A DNA stretch of 64,000 nucleotides from Candidatus Magasanikiibacteriota bacterium. Lineage in GTDB: Bacteria; Patescibacteriota; Patescibacteriia; Magasanikbacterales; GWA2-37-8. The DNA lies in the NCBI GenBank assembly GCA_016182085.1, contig JACOYB010000004.1, forward strand, positions 4,250-68,249, in the 5' to 3' direction. The notes beneath the pieces were generated by a model. The model did no database searches, was not told the origin of the DNA, and worked only from the letters and a program-made list of their open reading frames with translations. Both the position numbers and the translations under genes were made by a program. Below are positions 27,840-38,500 of the stretch, in pieces; the first letter of the stretch is position 1; every line of letters begins with the position of its first letter.

Positions 27840-30137
27840 TTAATTATCTTTTTCTTCTTCAGGAATCAGGTCTTCAAACACCGGCGCTCCGCCCGAATTT
27901 AAAGTTTGCCTCTCCTCGGGTATATCATCGGATTCAGTTGGCCGCATATGTTCGGTAAATAGCTCTCTAGGTTTGGCACCGTCCGCTGGTCCTACTATAC
28001 CAGCTTCTTCCATTTCATCCAAGAGGCGGGCAGCTCGGGCATAGCCGATTCTCATACGGCGCTGCAGAAGCGAGGCGCTAGCTTTGCCGGATTCAATTAT
28101 TATTTTTTTAGCTTCATCAAAGAGCGGGTCTAAATCGCTGCTGGCGCCGCCAAACATATTTACGGTTCCACTGCTGCTACCGCCGCCCCTGGAAGTAATA
28201 GATTCATCATATACTGGCGGTTCATCGCCTTTTAAATTATTTATCACTCGTTTCATTTCTTCTTCAGAAACAAAAGCGCCTTGCAAGCGTTTTGGTTTGG
28301 AAAGCTCGGCTGTTAAAAATAACATATCACCGCGCCCTAATAATTTTTCCGCGCCCGGTGAATCTAAAATGGTGCGGGAGTCAATAAGCGATGCCACCGA
28401 AAAAGCGATGCGAGCCGGAATGTTGGCTTTCATAAGACCGGTAATAACTTCCACACTTGGCCGCTGCGTGGCCACGATTAAATGTATGCCAACCGCGCGG
28501 GCCATTTGAGCGATACGAATAATACCGGCTTCCACTTCGCTGGCAGCCATAGCCATCAGGTCGGCAAGTTCATCAATTATAAATACAATATACGGAAGCG
28601 GTTCGGCCGCGGATTTGTTGTATGAACCAATATCACGTTTACCGGCTTCAGCAAGCATGGTAAAGCGTCTATCCATTTCGCCAATGGTCCACTTTAAAGC
28701 GTTTACGGTTTTGGCTGGGTCGGTAATTACCGGCGTCAGTAAATGAGGAATGCCATTATATAATGTTAGTTCCACGCGTTTAGGATCAACCATTATCAAA
28801 CGCAATGTTTCGGCTGTGTTTTGGTAAAGCAAACTTAAAATAATTGTATTAATACAAACAGTTTTTCCCGAACCGGTGGAACCAGCCACGAGAAGGTGGG
28901 GCATTTTAAGCAAATCTCCGAACCAAACTTTGCCAGCTACGTCTTTGCCGAGCGCGATCATCATGTTATGTGTATCTGGGTTTTTAAATTCCGGGCTTTC
29001 CAGCAATTCGCGAAGTGTGACCATGGCTACTTTTTGGTTTGGCACTTCAATACCGACAAGAGACTGTCCGGGAATCGGAGCCTCAATACGAATTGGGTGG
29101 GCGGCGAGCGCCAGCGCCAAATCATTGCTTAAATTGGTGATGCGGGTAAGTTTGACGCCTTTGGCAGGCTTCATGGAGTATTGGGTAACCGTTGGGCCGA
29201 CACGCACTTCACCCATATCCACTTCAATACCAAAATTTTGAAAGGTATCACGGATCACTTCGGCATTGCCTTTAATATCTCCGGAAGTTGGTTTGGTTTT
29301 GGACGTATATAATAAATCAATTGACGGCAAATCACGAATAATTGGTTTAGGAATTTTAGGCATTTCAGTTTTTTCTTCGGTAATTTCTTCCTCACTTTCT
29401 ATTTGTTCATTTTCAACATCTTGTTTTGCAATTACGCGCTGCTGAAACACTCGCTGTTCTTCTTCCTCTTCTTCTATTTCTTCTTCATCCATTTCCGCGC
29501 TTGCGGTTTCTTGATAGTCGCCCTTTATTTGAAACGCGACTTTTTCATTTTTAAATGAGCCGAAGAAAGCAATAATTTGTTGTCCGAACCAGCCAAGCAA
29601 TAAAAAGAATTTTTTATGCAGTTCAACAATTTGCGCCAAGGATGTATTGAATAAAAAGATAATGCCAATAAGCAGGAAGGCGACAAGCACCATGGTGGCG
29701 CCCCAATAGCCGATATATTGGTTTAGAAACCAAGCAGGTAAATAGCCGATAAGTCCGCCACCGTACCCTTGGGTAGCCAGATCAAACATTTCTTCGGCCG
29801 GTTTTTGTAAATGAATTAAGCCGTTAAATCCGGTGATAAATAAAATTGAACCAAGCCAGTGAGTGGCGCGGTACTCGTACTCCATGTCTTTGATTATCAA
29901 AATTGCGACCAGAATTAGGATAATAGGGAAAATGTAGCGAACCTGGCCAAAGGTAATGGAAAGCAGCGAATCAATAAATTGTCCGGCCACTCCGGCGAGT
30001 GAAAAGAAGCTGAGGGCGGAAATACCGCCGATAATAAATAACAAAATAGCCAAAAGACCTCGGCTAATATCTGGATTTAGGTTTATTTTTTCTGAAAATG
30101 ATAATTTGCGGTTTCGTTGTCTGGGCATAACAGGCAT
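27840..30137 (-). CDS. ftsK: DNA translocase FtsK/SpoIIIE
   Basis: N-terminal TM helices, acidic linker, motor domain with Walker A AGSTGSGKT and C-terminal gamma domain; start at ATG 30137 (MPVMPRQ). Confidence 0.9.
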   Translation of the reverse strand: MPVMPRQRNRKLSFSEKINLNPDISRGLLAILLFIIGGISALSFFSLAGVAGQFIDSLLSITFGQVRYIFPIILILVAILIIKDMEYEYRATHWLGSILFITGFNGLIHLQKPAEEMFDLATQGYGGGLIGYLPAWFLNQYIGYWGATMVLVAFLLIGIIFLFNTSLAQIVELHKKFFLLLGWFGQQIIAFFGSFKNEKVAFQIKGDYQETASAEMDEEEIEEEEEEQRVFQQRVIAKQDVENEQIESEEEITEEKTEMPKIPKPIIRDLPSIDLLYTSKTKPTSGDIKGNAEVIRDTFQNFGIEVDMGEVRVGPTVTQYSMKPAKGVKLTRITNLSNDLALALAAHPIRIEAPIPGQSLVGIEVPNQKVAMVTLRELLESPEFKNPDTHNMMIALGKDVAGKVWFGDLLKMPHLLVAGSTGSGKTVCINTIILSLLYQNTAETLRLIMVDPKRVELTLYNGIPHLLTPVITDPAKTVNALKWTIGEMDRRFTMLAEAGKRDIGSYNKSAAEPLPYIVFIIDELADLMAMAASEVEAGIIRIAQMARAVGIHLIVATQRPSVEVITGLMKANIPARIAFSVASLIDSRTILDSPGAEKLLGRGDMLFLTAELSKPKRLQGAFVSEEEMKRVINNLKGDEPPVYDESITSRGGGSSSGTVNMFGGASSDLDPLFDEAKKIIIESGKASASLLQRRMRIGYARAARLLDEMEEAGIVGPADGAKPRELFTEHMRPTESDDIPEERQTLNSGGAPVFEDLIPEEEKDN

Positions 30138-30237
30138 ATTGTAGCATAATTTTATATTGCGAGAAAGAAAAAATATTCCAGCTTGGAAGTTTACAACAGG
30201 TTTGCTATATGTTAGGGTTTTTATAAGGGAGGAAGTC

Positions 30238-30603
30238 ATGTCCCAACAGCCGGAACTGATTTCTCTGGATGGTGAACGGCAGAAACGCTGGCGAAAACTG
30301 AGGCGGTGGCTGCGTCAACGACGGCAAAAACGGCAAAAGGCCAGAAAAAGCGCATGCCCTTGTCAGCGGTCTAAAAGGGTGCAAATTGTCGGTGTCTCAA
30401 TCCCCACGCTCAACGCTGCATACGGAGCAGCTGCCTGGGCTTTGGGTTGGTCATTGGAAATGGCGGTGGTTCTATCTGTCACTGCGGCCCTGGCGCTTCT
30501 TGGAGTATTCGGTTATATGCGCAATGGGCATGGAGTTGAAACGCAGCCGCACCTGCCAAGTTGCCCTCATCAGAAAAATGCAGAGCTATCCGCTCGACGA
30601 TAA
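30238..30603 (+). CDS. Hypothetical 121-aa protein, GC-rich foreign-looking gene: Arg/Lys-rich N-terminus, one TM helix, Cys/His-rich motifs
   Basis: Perfect SD AGGGAGG 6 nt upstream of ATG; enterobacterial-like codon usage (CTG, CGC, GCG); followed by strong terminator. Confidence 0.5.
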   Translation: MSQQPELISLDGERQKRWRKLRRWLRQRRQKRQKARKSACPCQRSKRVQIVGVSIPTLNAAYGAAAWALGWSLEMAVVLSVTAALALLGVFGYMRNGHGVETQPHLPSCPHQKNAELSARR

Positions 30604-30669
30604 CTCTGTTTTTGCTCTTTCACCTGTCGAGAGTTGTTCATGTATAAAATATTTTTATCCAGGGCCAAA

Positions 30670-30712
30670 CAAAAAATCCTCCAATGTTGCATTGGAGGAT
30701 TTTTTGTTTTTT
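30670..30712. terminator. Strong bidirectional rho-independent terminator
   Basis: aaaaaa-TCCTCCAATG-ttgc-ATTGGAGGA-ttttttgtttttt. Confidence 0.8.
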
Positions 30713-30987
30713 CTGCATTAAGCTGCGACAAGAATTGCATGTTTTAATGAGCGAATCAAATTTAGAAAACTTTCTCTGAACAAAGAAATGTTCAAGAGAA
30801 AAGAGAGAGATTTGTTTAATAAATTCGATCCGATTGAGACATCAACTCTTGCGCAACTTGATGAAGAAAAATATATTATAAAAAAATACTGCACTATATT
30901 TTATAACGAAAAAATATTTTGTCAAGTTTAGGCATAAATTTTTTATAAAATCTATTTTTGATAGAAAGTTTTTTTATTTTTTTAAAA

Positions 30988-31057
30988 CAAAAAAGCCGCC
31001 AACCAATCATGTTCCAAAATATTTAGAACATAGTTGGTGTGGTGGCGGCTTTTTTTG
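30988..31057. terminator. Long imperfect hairpin with flanking A- and T-runs; terminator for minus-strand GC-rich ORF
   Basis: aaaaaaGCCGCCAACCAATCATGTTC...GAACATAGTTGGTGTGGTGGCGGCttttttt. Confidence 0.6.
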
Positions 31058-31091
31058 CGCCTTCCATCGCACACGGGCTTGGAGCTGTTGC

Positions 31092-31523
31092 CTACGAGGC
31101 GTTCAGGCACCAGATGATGGCCGCTCGGCCCCGCGTGAGGGCCGCGTCTCGATCGGTTAAAGGAGACATCATTAACCGAGATAACAACCGCGGATCATCC
31201 CCTCGCTGCCACCAGTTCAAGAGCCAGGTAGAGTTGGGGAAATCCGCCGGCGGTCGTCGCATCGGCATGACCTCTTTCGCCAGTCGGAAGATCAGTACGG
31301 CCATCGCTTTCTGGACATGCTGTTGAGTCATCTTGTAGTCGGAGACTTTCTCAGGGAGAGGTGACTTGTCCAGGTAGGTCACTGCTTCGGGCAGAGCTTC
31401 TCGCGCCCGTTTCATCAACAGCCGTCTGGTATGTGAGCGGATGTATGCCAGCTCTACTTCACAGTGGTTCTCGGCCAGCACTTCTTGGACGAACTCATTC
31501 AAGAGTTCGAGGATGGATTTCAT
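31092..31523 (-). CDS. Hypothetical 143-aa protein, GC-rich foreign-looking gene
   Basis: GC3-biased codon usage unlike flanking DNA; SD AAGGAA upstream; no recognised domain. Confidence 0.5.
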   Translation of the reverse strand: MKSILELLNEFVQEVLAENHCEVELAYIRSHTRRLLMKRAREALPEAVTYLDKSPLPEKVSDYKMTQQHVQKAMAVLIFRLAKEVMPMRRPPADFPNSTWLLNWWQRGDDPRLLSRLMMSPLTDRDAALTRGRAAIIWCLNAS

Positions 31524-31960
31524 AGAGTTTTCCTTGTGGAGGACTAAAGTTGAACATACTAAAAAAATGTAAAAATGTCAATATTAAAAATGGAAAAGTA
31601 TCAAATTTATGGATAAACTGTGGATAAAAAGCCAATTTTTTAGCAGATTTTCAGCTTTAATGCTAAAAATACTCTAAAATTAGCCAAAATAATCATTTTC
31701 CTTGACAAACTTTAAAATTCGTTAAGTTCTTGACAATCCTTTATTTTTAGCGTAATATGTAAATACTTAACACTTCTGTGGAGAGAGAAAACGGTTTTTT
31801 GGCTTAAATTAGCGCAAATCTAGCAATCCTGGTTTCATCTGGATTGCAAAGTCGTGCAAGGAATAAATAAATTTACATGCTGGCCTTGCTTTTATTGGCT
31901 AAACTTTAAGAAAAAAGGAAAAAACGCCCTCAAGGCGCCAATTTTTGTTTTACATACCAA

Positions 31961-32042
31961 CTGTCATTCCCGTCAAAGCGGGAATCCAGACAAAACAGAT
32001 CGATTAGATGCTAGATTCCAGCTGAAGCGGGAATGACAATGA
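31961..32042. repeat. Copy of palindromic intergenic repeat (CTGTCATTCCCGTCAAAGCGGGAATCCAG ... GCTGAAGCGGGAATGACAATG) just upstream of rpoB
   Basis: Seen directly. Confidence 0.8.
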
Positions 32043-32083
32043 TAAAATTAATTTAAAAAATAATTTAAGTTTAATTAATCTGT

Positions 32084-35000
32084 ATGCCCATTTTTAAACG
32101 CCAGGCTCTGAAAACGACTGAACGAAAATTCTTCACGAGTGTCCGTGACGCGATGCCCGTACCGGATCTTATTGACGTGCAAAAAAGTTCGTATGACTGG
32201 TTTTTAAAATTTGGCATTAAAGAATTATTTGATGAAGTTTCACCGATGACCGATTTTACCGGACGCGATCTGGAATTATATTTGGAAAATTATTATTTGG
32301 ATGATCCAAAATTTGATGAAGTGGTTTGCCGCGAAAGAAATTTAACTTTTGAAGCCCCGCTTCGCGTAACTGCTCGTCTGGTTAATAAACGCACCGGCCA
32401 ATCCAAATCCCAAGAAATTTATTTAGGCGATATTCCGCTCATGACCCAGCGCGGCACGTTTATCATAAACGGCATTGAACGCGTGGTAGTATCCCAGCTT
32501 ATCCGCAGCGCCGGCGCGTTCTTTACCGCCGAAAATATTCGCGGCCGCAGATATTATGGCGCGAAAATTATTCCAAATCGCGGCGCTTGGATTGAAATTG
32601 AAACCGACATGAACAATGTCGTGTGGATTAAGGTAGACCGCAAACGTAAAATGGCTGCCACCTCGCTGCTTCGCGCGTTTGGCTATGAAGGCGATGAAAA
32701 GATGATGGAATTATTTAAAGATGTAAACAATCATCCAACCGTAGATTATGTTGACGCCACGCTTAAAAAAGACGTAGCCAAAACGCAGGATGAAGGACTT
32801 ATTGAAGTATATAAAAGAATTCGCCCGGGTGATTTGGCCACTGCCGACAATGCCAAGAGTTTGATCTTCGCGATGTTTTTCAATTTTGATCGGTATGATT
32901 TGGGCCGCGTGGGTGTATATAAATTTAATACCAAATTTGATTTTGGACATAAGAACGAAGATTTTGATAAAAAAGAAAACAGAGTATTGTCTCCGGAAAA
33001 GTTGCTCGCAGTGCTTAAAGAAGTTATTCGTTTAAATGTTACGCAGGAAGAACCGGATGATATTGACCATCTTGGCAACCGCCGTATTCGCGCCGTGGGT
33101 GAACTCGCGCAAAACAGATTCCGTGTAGGCCTAGCTCGTATGGAACGTATCGTTAAAGACCGTATGAGTACCCAGGAAATGGAAGCATTGTCTCCAAATA
33201 AATTAATCAATGCTCGTCCGGTAATTTCCGCAATTCGTGAGTTCTTCATGAGTTCTCAGCTTTCACAGTTCATGGATCAAACCAATCCACTTTCTGAATT
33301 AGAACACAAACGCCGCGTAAGCGCGCTTGGCCCAGGCGGTTTGTCTCGCGATAGAGCCGGCTTTGAAGTTCGTGACGTACACACCACGCACTATGGCCGT
33401 ATTTGTCCAATTGCAACTCCGGAAGGACCGAACATCGGTTTGGTAAACCACCTTTCCAGTTTTGCTCGCGTGAACGAATTTGGGTTTATTGAAACTCCAT
33501 ATAGAAAAGTGTTGAGAGAAGTTCCAAATGATCCTAAATTTACAGAAGGTGAAATTTTATTAAATGAAACAGAAGGCGTAAAAGCCGGTACAAAAATTAC
33601 CAAAGACGTAGCTGCCAAGCTAGCTAAGGCCAAAGCAAAAATTATTCCAGTTCACGCTCGCGTGACCAATGAAGTTGTTTTCCTAAATGCTTTCAAAGAA
33701 GAAAAAGTAAATACCGCCGCGGCCACTACGAAAGTTGATGAAAATGGTTATTTCTTGGAAGAATCCGTGCCAACTCGTATCCATGGTAATCCGGGTGTAG
33801 GTAAAACCAGCGATTTGGATTACATTGACGTTGCTTCAAATCAAATTATTTCTATTGCCACTTCCTGTATTCCATTTTTGGAACACGATGACGCCACTCG
33901 CGCGCTCATGGGTACGAACATGCAAAGACAGGCTGTGCCTTGTATTCGTCCGCAACAGCCGCTTGTTGGTACTGGTACCGAACAAAGCGCCGCGTATTAT
34001 TCAGGCTATGTAGTCTTATCCGAAGTAGATGGTGAAGTTACGGAAGTAGATGGCAACCATATTGTGGTAACTGACAAGAAAGGCGTACACCATACATATT
34101 ATTTAAGTAAATTTGTTCGTTCCAACCATTCCACCTGCGTAAACCAAACGCCGATTGTGAAATTGGGAGAAAAAGTTAAAAAAGGACAAGGTCTTACCGA
34201 TGGTCCCGGTATTAAAGACGGAGAATTGGCGCTTGGCCAGAACATGCTCGTTGCCTATATGGTATGGGATGGGTATAACTATGAAGACGCGATCATTGTT
34301 TCCGAACGCGTCGTGCAAAAAGATAATTTCACTTCCATTCATATTGAAGACTATACGATTGATGTTCGTGAAACCAAACTTGGTCCGGAAATCATTACCG
34401 CCGATATTCCAAACGTAAGTGAAGAAAAATTAAAAAATTTGGACAGCGAAGGTATTATCCGCATTGGCGCCGAAGCAAAATCCGGTGATATTTTGGTTGG
34501 TAAAATTACGCCAAAAGGAGAAACCGAACTTTCCGCTGAAGAAAGACTCTTGCGCGCGATTTTCGGTGAAAAAGCCCGTGATGTTCGCGACTCTTCTCTC
34601 TATTTAGAACACGGTGAACATGGACGTGTAACCGGCATTAAAGTATTTTCCACTGAAAATGGCGATAAGCTGCAGCCAGGTGTTATCAAACAAGTCCAGG
34701 TCAGAGTTGCCGACATGAGAAAAATTCAAGTAGGTGATAAAATGGCCGGTCGCCATGGTAACAAAGGTGTAATTTCCAGAGTTGTCCCAGCCGAAGATAT
34801 GCCTTTCTTGGAAGACGGAACTCCGGTTGATATTATTTTGTCTCCGCTTGGTGTTATTTCCCGTATGAACTTGGGTCAGATTTTGGAAACTCATTTGGGT
34901 CTGGCGGCCAATGCTTTGGGATATAAAGTTGCAACACCGGTATTAAATGGTATTAACGAAGCCCAAATAAAAGAAGAGTTGGAAAAAGCCGGTCTGCCAA

Positions 35001-35527
35001 CTGGCGGCCAGGTTACTCTTTATGATGGCCGTACCGGCGAACCATATGACCACAAAGTAACTGTGGGTTATAACTACATGCTTAAACTCAACCACATGGT
35101 TGAAGATAAGATTCACCAGAGATCCACCGGTCCTTACAGCTTGATTACCCAACAACCTTTGGGCGGTAAAGCTCAATTCGGTGGTCAGAGATTTGGTGAA
35201 ATGGAAGTCTGGGCCCTGGAAGCATACGGCGCCGCCCACACTTTGCAAGAAATTTTGACTATCAAATCCGATGACGTCCCAGGTCGCTCCAAAGCCTATG
35301 AAGCGATTATTAAAGGTGAAACTATCAGTCGTGTAAACTTGCCGGAATCATTCAACGTACTTGTCAGAGAGTTGAAAGGCTTAGGTCTAGATGTTGAACT
35401 TCTCAAGAAGTCAGAATCCGGAGAATACAGGCCGATGGAGGAAGTTAGAAAACAACAAGAAAAAGACGCAAGGTCGGAAGGTGAAGGAAGAACCGAAGTG
35501 CAGGCGGGAAAAAACTCTGATAAATAA
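32084..35527 (+). CDS. rpoB: DNA-directed RNA polymerase subunit beta
   Basis: Full-length, universally conserved motifs. Confidence 0.97.
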   Translation: MPIFKRQALKTTERKFFTSVRDAMPVPDLIDVQKSSYDWFLKFGIKELFDEVSPMTDFTGRDLELYLENYYLDDPKFDEVVCRERNLTFEAPLRVTARLVNKRTGQSKSQEIYLGDIPLMTQRGTFIINGIERVVVSQLIRSAGAFFTAENIRGRRYYGAKIIPNRGAWIEIETDMNNVVWIKVDRKRKMAATSLLRAFGYEGDEKMMELFKDVNNHPTVDYVDATLKKDVAKTQDEGLIEVYKRIRPGDLATADNAKSLIFAMFFNFDRYDLGRVGVYKFNTKFDFGHKNEDFDKKENRVLSPEKLLAVLKEVIRLNVTQEEPDDIDHLGNRRIRAVGELAQNRFRVGLARMERIVKDRMSTQEMEALSPNKLINARPVISAIREFFMSSQLSQFMDQTNPLSELEHKRRVSALGPGGLSRDRAGFEVRDVHTTHYGRICPIATPEGPNIGLVNHLSSFARVNEFGFIETPYRKVLREVPNDPKFTEGEILLNETEGVKAGTKITKDVAAKLAKAKAKIIPVHARVTNEVVFLNAFKEEKVNTAAATTKVDENGYFLEESVPTRIHGNPGVGKTSDLDYIDVASNQIISIATSCIPFLEHDDATRALMGTNMQRQAVPCIRPQQPLVGTGTEQSAAYYSGYVVLSEVDGEVTEVDGNHIVVTDKKGVHHTYYLSKFVRSNHSTCVNQTPIVKLGEKVKKGQGLTDGPGIKDGELALGQNMLVAYMVWDGYNYEDAIIVSERVVQKDNFTSIHIEDYTIDVRETKLGPEIITADIPNVSEEKLKNLDSEGIIRIGAEAKSGDILVGKITPKGETELSAEERLLRAIFGEKARDVRDSSLYLEHGEHGRVTGIKVFSTENGDKLQPGVIKQVQVRVADMRKIQVGDKMAGRHGNKGVISRVVPAEDMPFLEDGTPVDIILSPLGVISRMNLGQILETHLGLAANALGYKVATPVLNGINEAQIKEELEKAGLPTGGQVTLYDGRTGEPYDHKVTVGYNYMLKLNHMVEDKIHQRSTGPYSLITQQPLGGKAQFGGQRFGEMEVWALEAYGAAHTLQEILTIKSDDVPGRSKAYEAIIKGETISRVNLPESFNVLVRELKGLGLDVELLKKSESGEYRPMEEVRKQQEKDARSEGEGRTEVQAGKNSDK

Positions 35528-35561
35528 TTCATTAATGTCATCATTACAATAGAATAAATAT

Positions 35562-38500
35562 ATGAATGATACTATTTTCCCAGCCGACTTTGATGCCATT
35601 CGCCTCAAACTTGCATCCCCCGAAGTCATTAAAGGCTGGTCATACGGCGAAGTAAACAAGCCGGAAACCATCAATTACCGCACTCAGAAACCGGAAAAAG
35701 GCGGACTCTTTGCCGAAGAAATTTTTGGCCCAACCAAAGATTGGGAATGTTATTGCGGCAAGTATAAAAAAATTCGGTATAAAGGAATCGTATGTGACAA
35801 ATGCGGCGTAGAAGTAACGCATTCTTCCGTACGCCGTGAACGCATGGGTCATATTGAACTTTCCACTGCCGTTGCTCATATTTGGTTCTTACGCTCTGTG
35901 CCTTCCAAGATCGGTTTGATCCTGGATCTTTCCGCGCAGTCACTAGAAAAGGTAATTTACTTTGCATCATTTGTTATTACTCACGTTAATGAAGAAGAAA
36001 AGAAAAAGACCGCCGACCTCTTGCGTCAGGAATATAAATCCAAGAAAAAACAGATTGAAAAAGAAGGCCAAGACCAAATAAAGAGCGCCAATGATAAAAA
36101 ATTGGGCGCCCAAGCTTTGGAAAAAATCCAGGAAGAAACCGAAAGAAAACACAAAGCCTTGGAAGAAGATTTCCAACAAGCAGACAAAGAACTTAAAGAA
36201 CTCCAGGTAATGAAAATTATTTCTGAAAATAAATATCAGGAATTGTCATTGCGTTATGGCCACTTGTTTGAAGCATCCATTGGCGCCGAAGGTGTTAGAA
36301 ATTTATTGTCTCGCATTAATCTTGAAGACACCATAAAAAAATTGGAAGAAGAGCAATCTAAAGCCAAGGGTTCAAAATTGGAACGCATCATTCGCCGTAA
36401 AAAAGTATTAAAGAGTTTCTTCTTAAATAATATTCGTCCGGAATGGATGGTCTTGCAGGCAATCCCGGTTATCCCCCCGGATTTACGTCCAATGGTTGCG
36501 CTTGATGGCGGCCGTTTTGCTACCTCCGATTTAAACGATCTATACCGCCGTGTAATTAACCGCAACAACCGTTTGCGCAGACTCTTGGAACTTGATGCTC
36601 CGGAAGTTATTTGCCGCAATGAAAAACGCATGTTGCAGGAAGCCGTTGACGCTCTCATTGATAACAATGCGCGTCAAGCCAAAACGGTAACTGCTTCTAC
36701 CGGTCAAAAGAGACAATTACGATCACTGGCTGATATTTTGAAAGGCAAGCAAGGCCGTTTCCGCCAAAACTTGCTCGGTAAACGCGTAGACTATTCCGGT
36801 CGTTCCGTAATCGTGGTTGGTCCAAACTTAAATATTGATGAATGCGGTTTGCCAAAACGCATGGCTTTGGAACTATTTAAACCATTTATCATGAGCGAAG
36901 TTATCAAGCGTGAACTTGCTCACAATGTTCGCAGCGCTTCTAAATATATTGAAGCCGAACATGATGAAGTGTGGGATATTTTGGAAGATTTGACCAAAAA
37001 GACCCGCGTACTTCTAAACCGCGCGCCGACCTTGCACCGTTTGGGTATTCAAGCATTCCACCCGCGTCTTATTGAAGGTAAGGCTATCCAACTCCATCCT
37101 TTGGTATGTACCGCGTTTAACGCCGACTTTGACGGTGACCAGATGGCTGTACACTTGCCGCTTACGGCCGAAGCCCGTTGGGAGGCCGATAACTTAATGG
37201 CCGCGGAAAAAAATATTCTAAAACCTGCCACCGGCAGTCCGGTAATTACGCCGAAACAAGATATTGCTCTCGGTTGTTATTATCTTACTCGCTATGAAAC
37301 CAATGACACTGGTGAAGTAAAGAATCACTTCAGTTCGGAAAAAGAAGCTATTTTGGCTTATCGTTCTCGCGTGATTTCTTTGCAAGAGAGAATAAAAGTT
37401 CGTTTCCAGGATGTAAGCCGGTTTGCGGAAGGTGTAAATCCTATCTTAGAAACTTCAGTTGGCCGAATACTGTTCAATAAAATTTTACCTCCACAGCTTC
37501 CATATTTTAATGAAACGATAAATGTAAAGAAGCTTGGCCACATTATTCGTTTGTGTTTGGAACTTACAAATGATCAGCAGGAAGTTGCTTACTTTTTGGA
37601 TGAACTCAAAAACCTTGGTTACCGCTATGTTACTAAATCCGGCTATTCCTTGGGCATGGATGATTTCCCAGCCATTTCCGAAAAACCGGGCATGCTGGCC
37701 GAATCCGACAAGATGGTAGCGATTGTTGAAGAACAATATCAAGAAGGTTTGCTCACTCAGTCCGAACGTCACGTAAAGATTTTGGAAATCTGGGCCGAGA
37801 CCAAAGAAAGAATTGTTGCCAAGAACCAACAAACCTTGCGCAAAGATGGTCCGGTATTTGCCATGATTGATTCCGGCGCGCGCGGCAGCTGGGGCCAGTT
37901 GGGTCAGGTTATCGGTATGAAGGGTCTTGTGGCTTCGCCATCCGGTGATACCATTGAACTTCCGGTTAAAGGCAACTTTAAAGAAGGCGTGGAAGTTCTG
38001 GAATTCTTTATTTCTTCCCACGGTACCAGAAAAGGTTTGGCCGATACCGCGCTTCGTACGGCTAATGCCGGTTACTTAACCAGACGTTTAGTAGATGTAT
38101 CGCAAGATGTGATCGTGTTTGAAGAGGATTGTGGAGATACAAATGGTGAAACCTTTACCGCTGCTCAATCCAAAGAAATGGGTGAAAAATTGTCCGAACG
38201 TATTTGGGGCCGTTATTCACTGGAAACCATAAAGGTGGGTAATAAAGTAATTATTAAAGAAGGTGAAACCATTGATGATAAGACTGCTCGCTATGTTGAT
38301 GAGCATAAACTTGAATCCGTGCGTGTTCGCAGTATTCTGCAATGCAGAATGCAAAAGGGTGTTTGCCGCAAATGTTACGGCTTTGATCTGTCCAAGAACA
38401 AGCCGGTAGAGTTTGGCGTGGCCGTGGGTATTATTGCCGCGCAATCCATCGGTGAACCTGGTACGCAGCTTACTATGAGAACCTTCCACACTGGTGGTGT

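Noticed and set aside
30386-30721. 111-aa ORF overlapping the 30238 gene in another frame
   Set aside because: Lacks SD; the overlapping frame with perfect SD is preferred.
8690-32045. Palindromic repeats as a CRISPR array
   Set aside because: Copies are kilobases apart, structurally heterogeneous and lack regular spacers or nearby cas genes.
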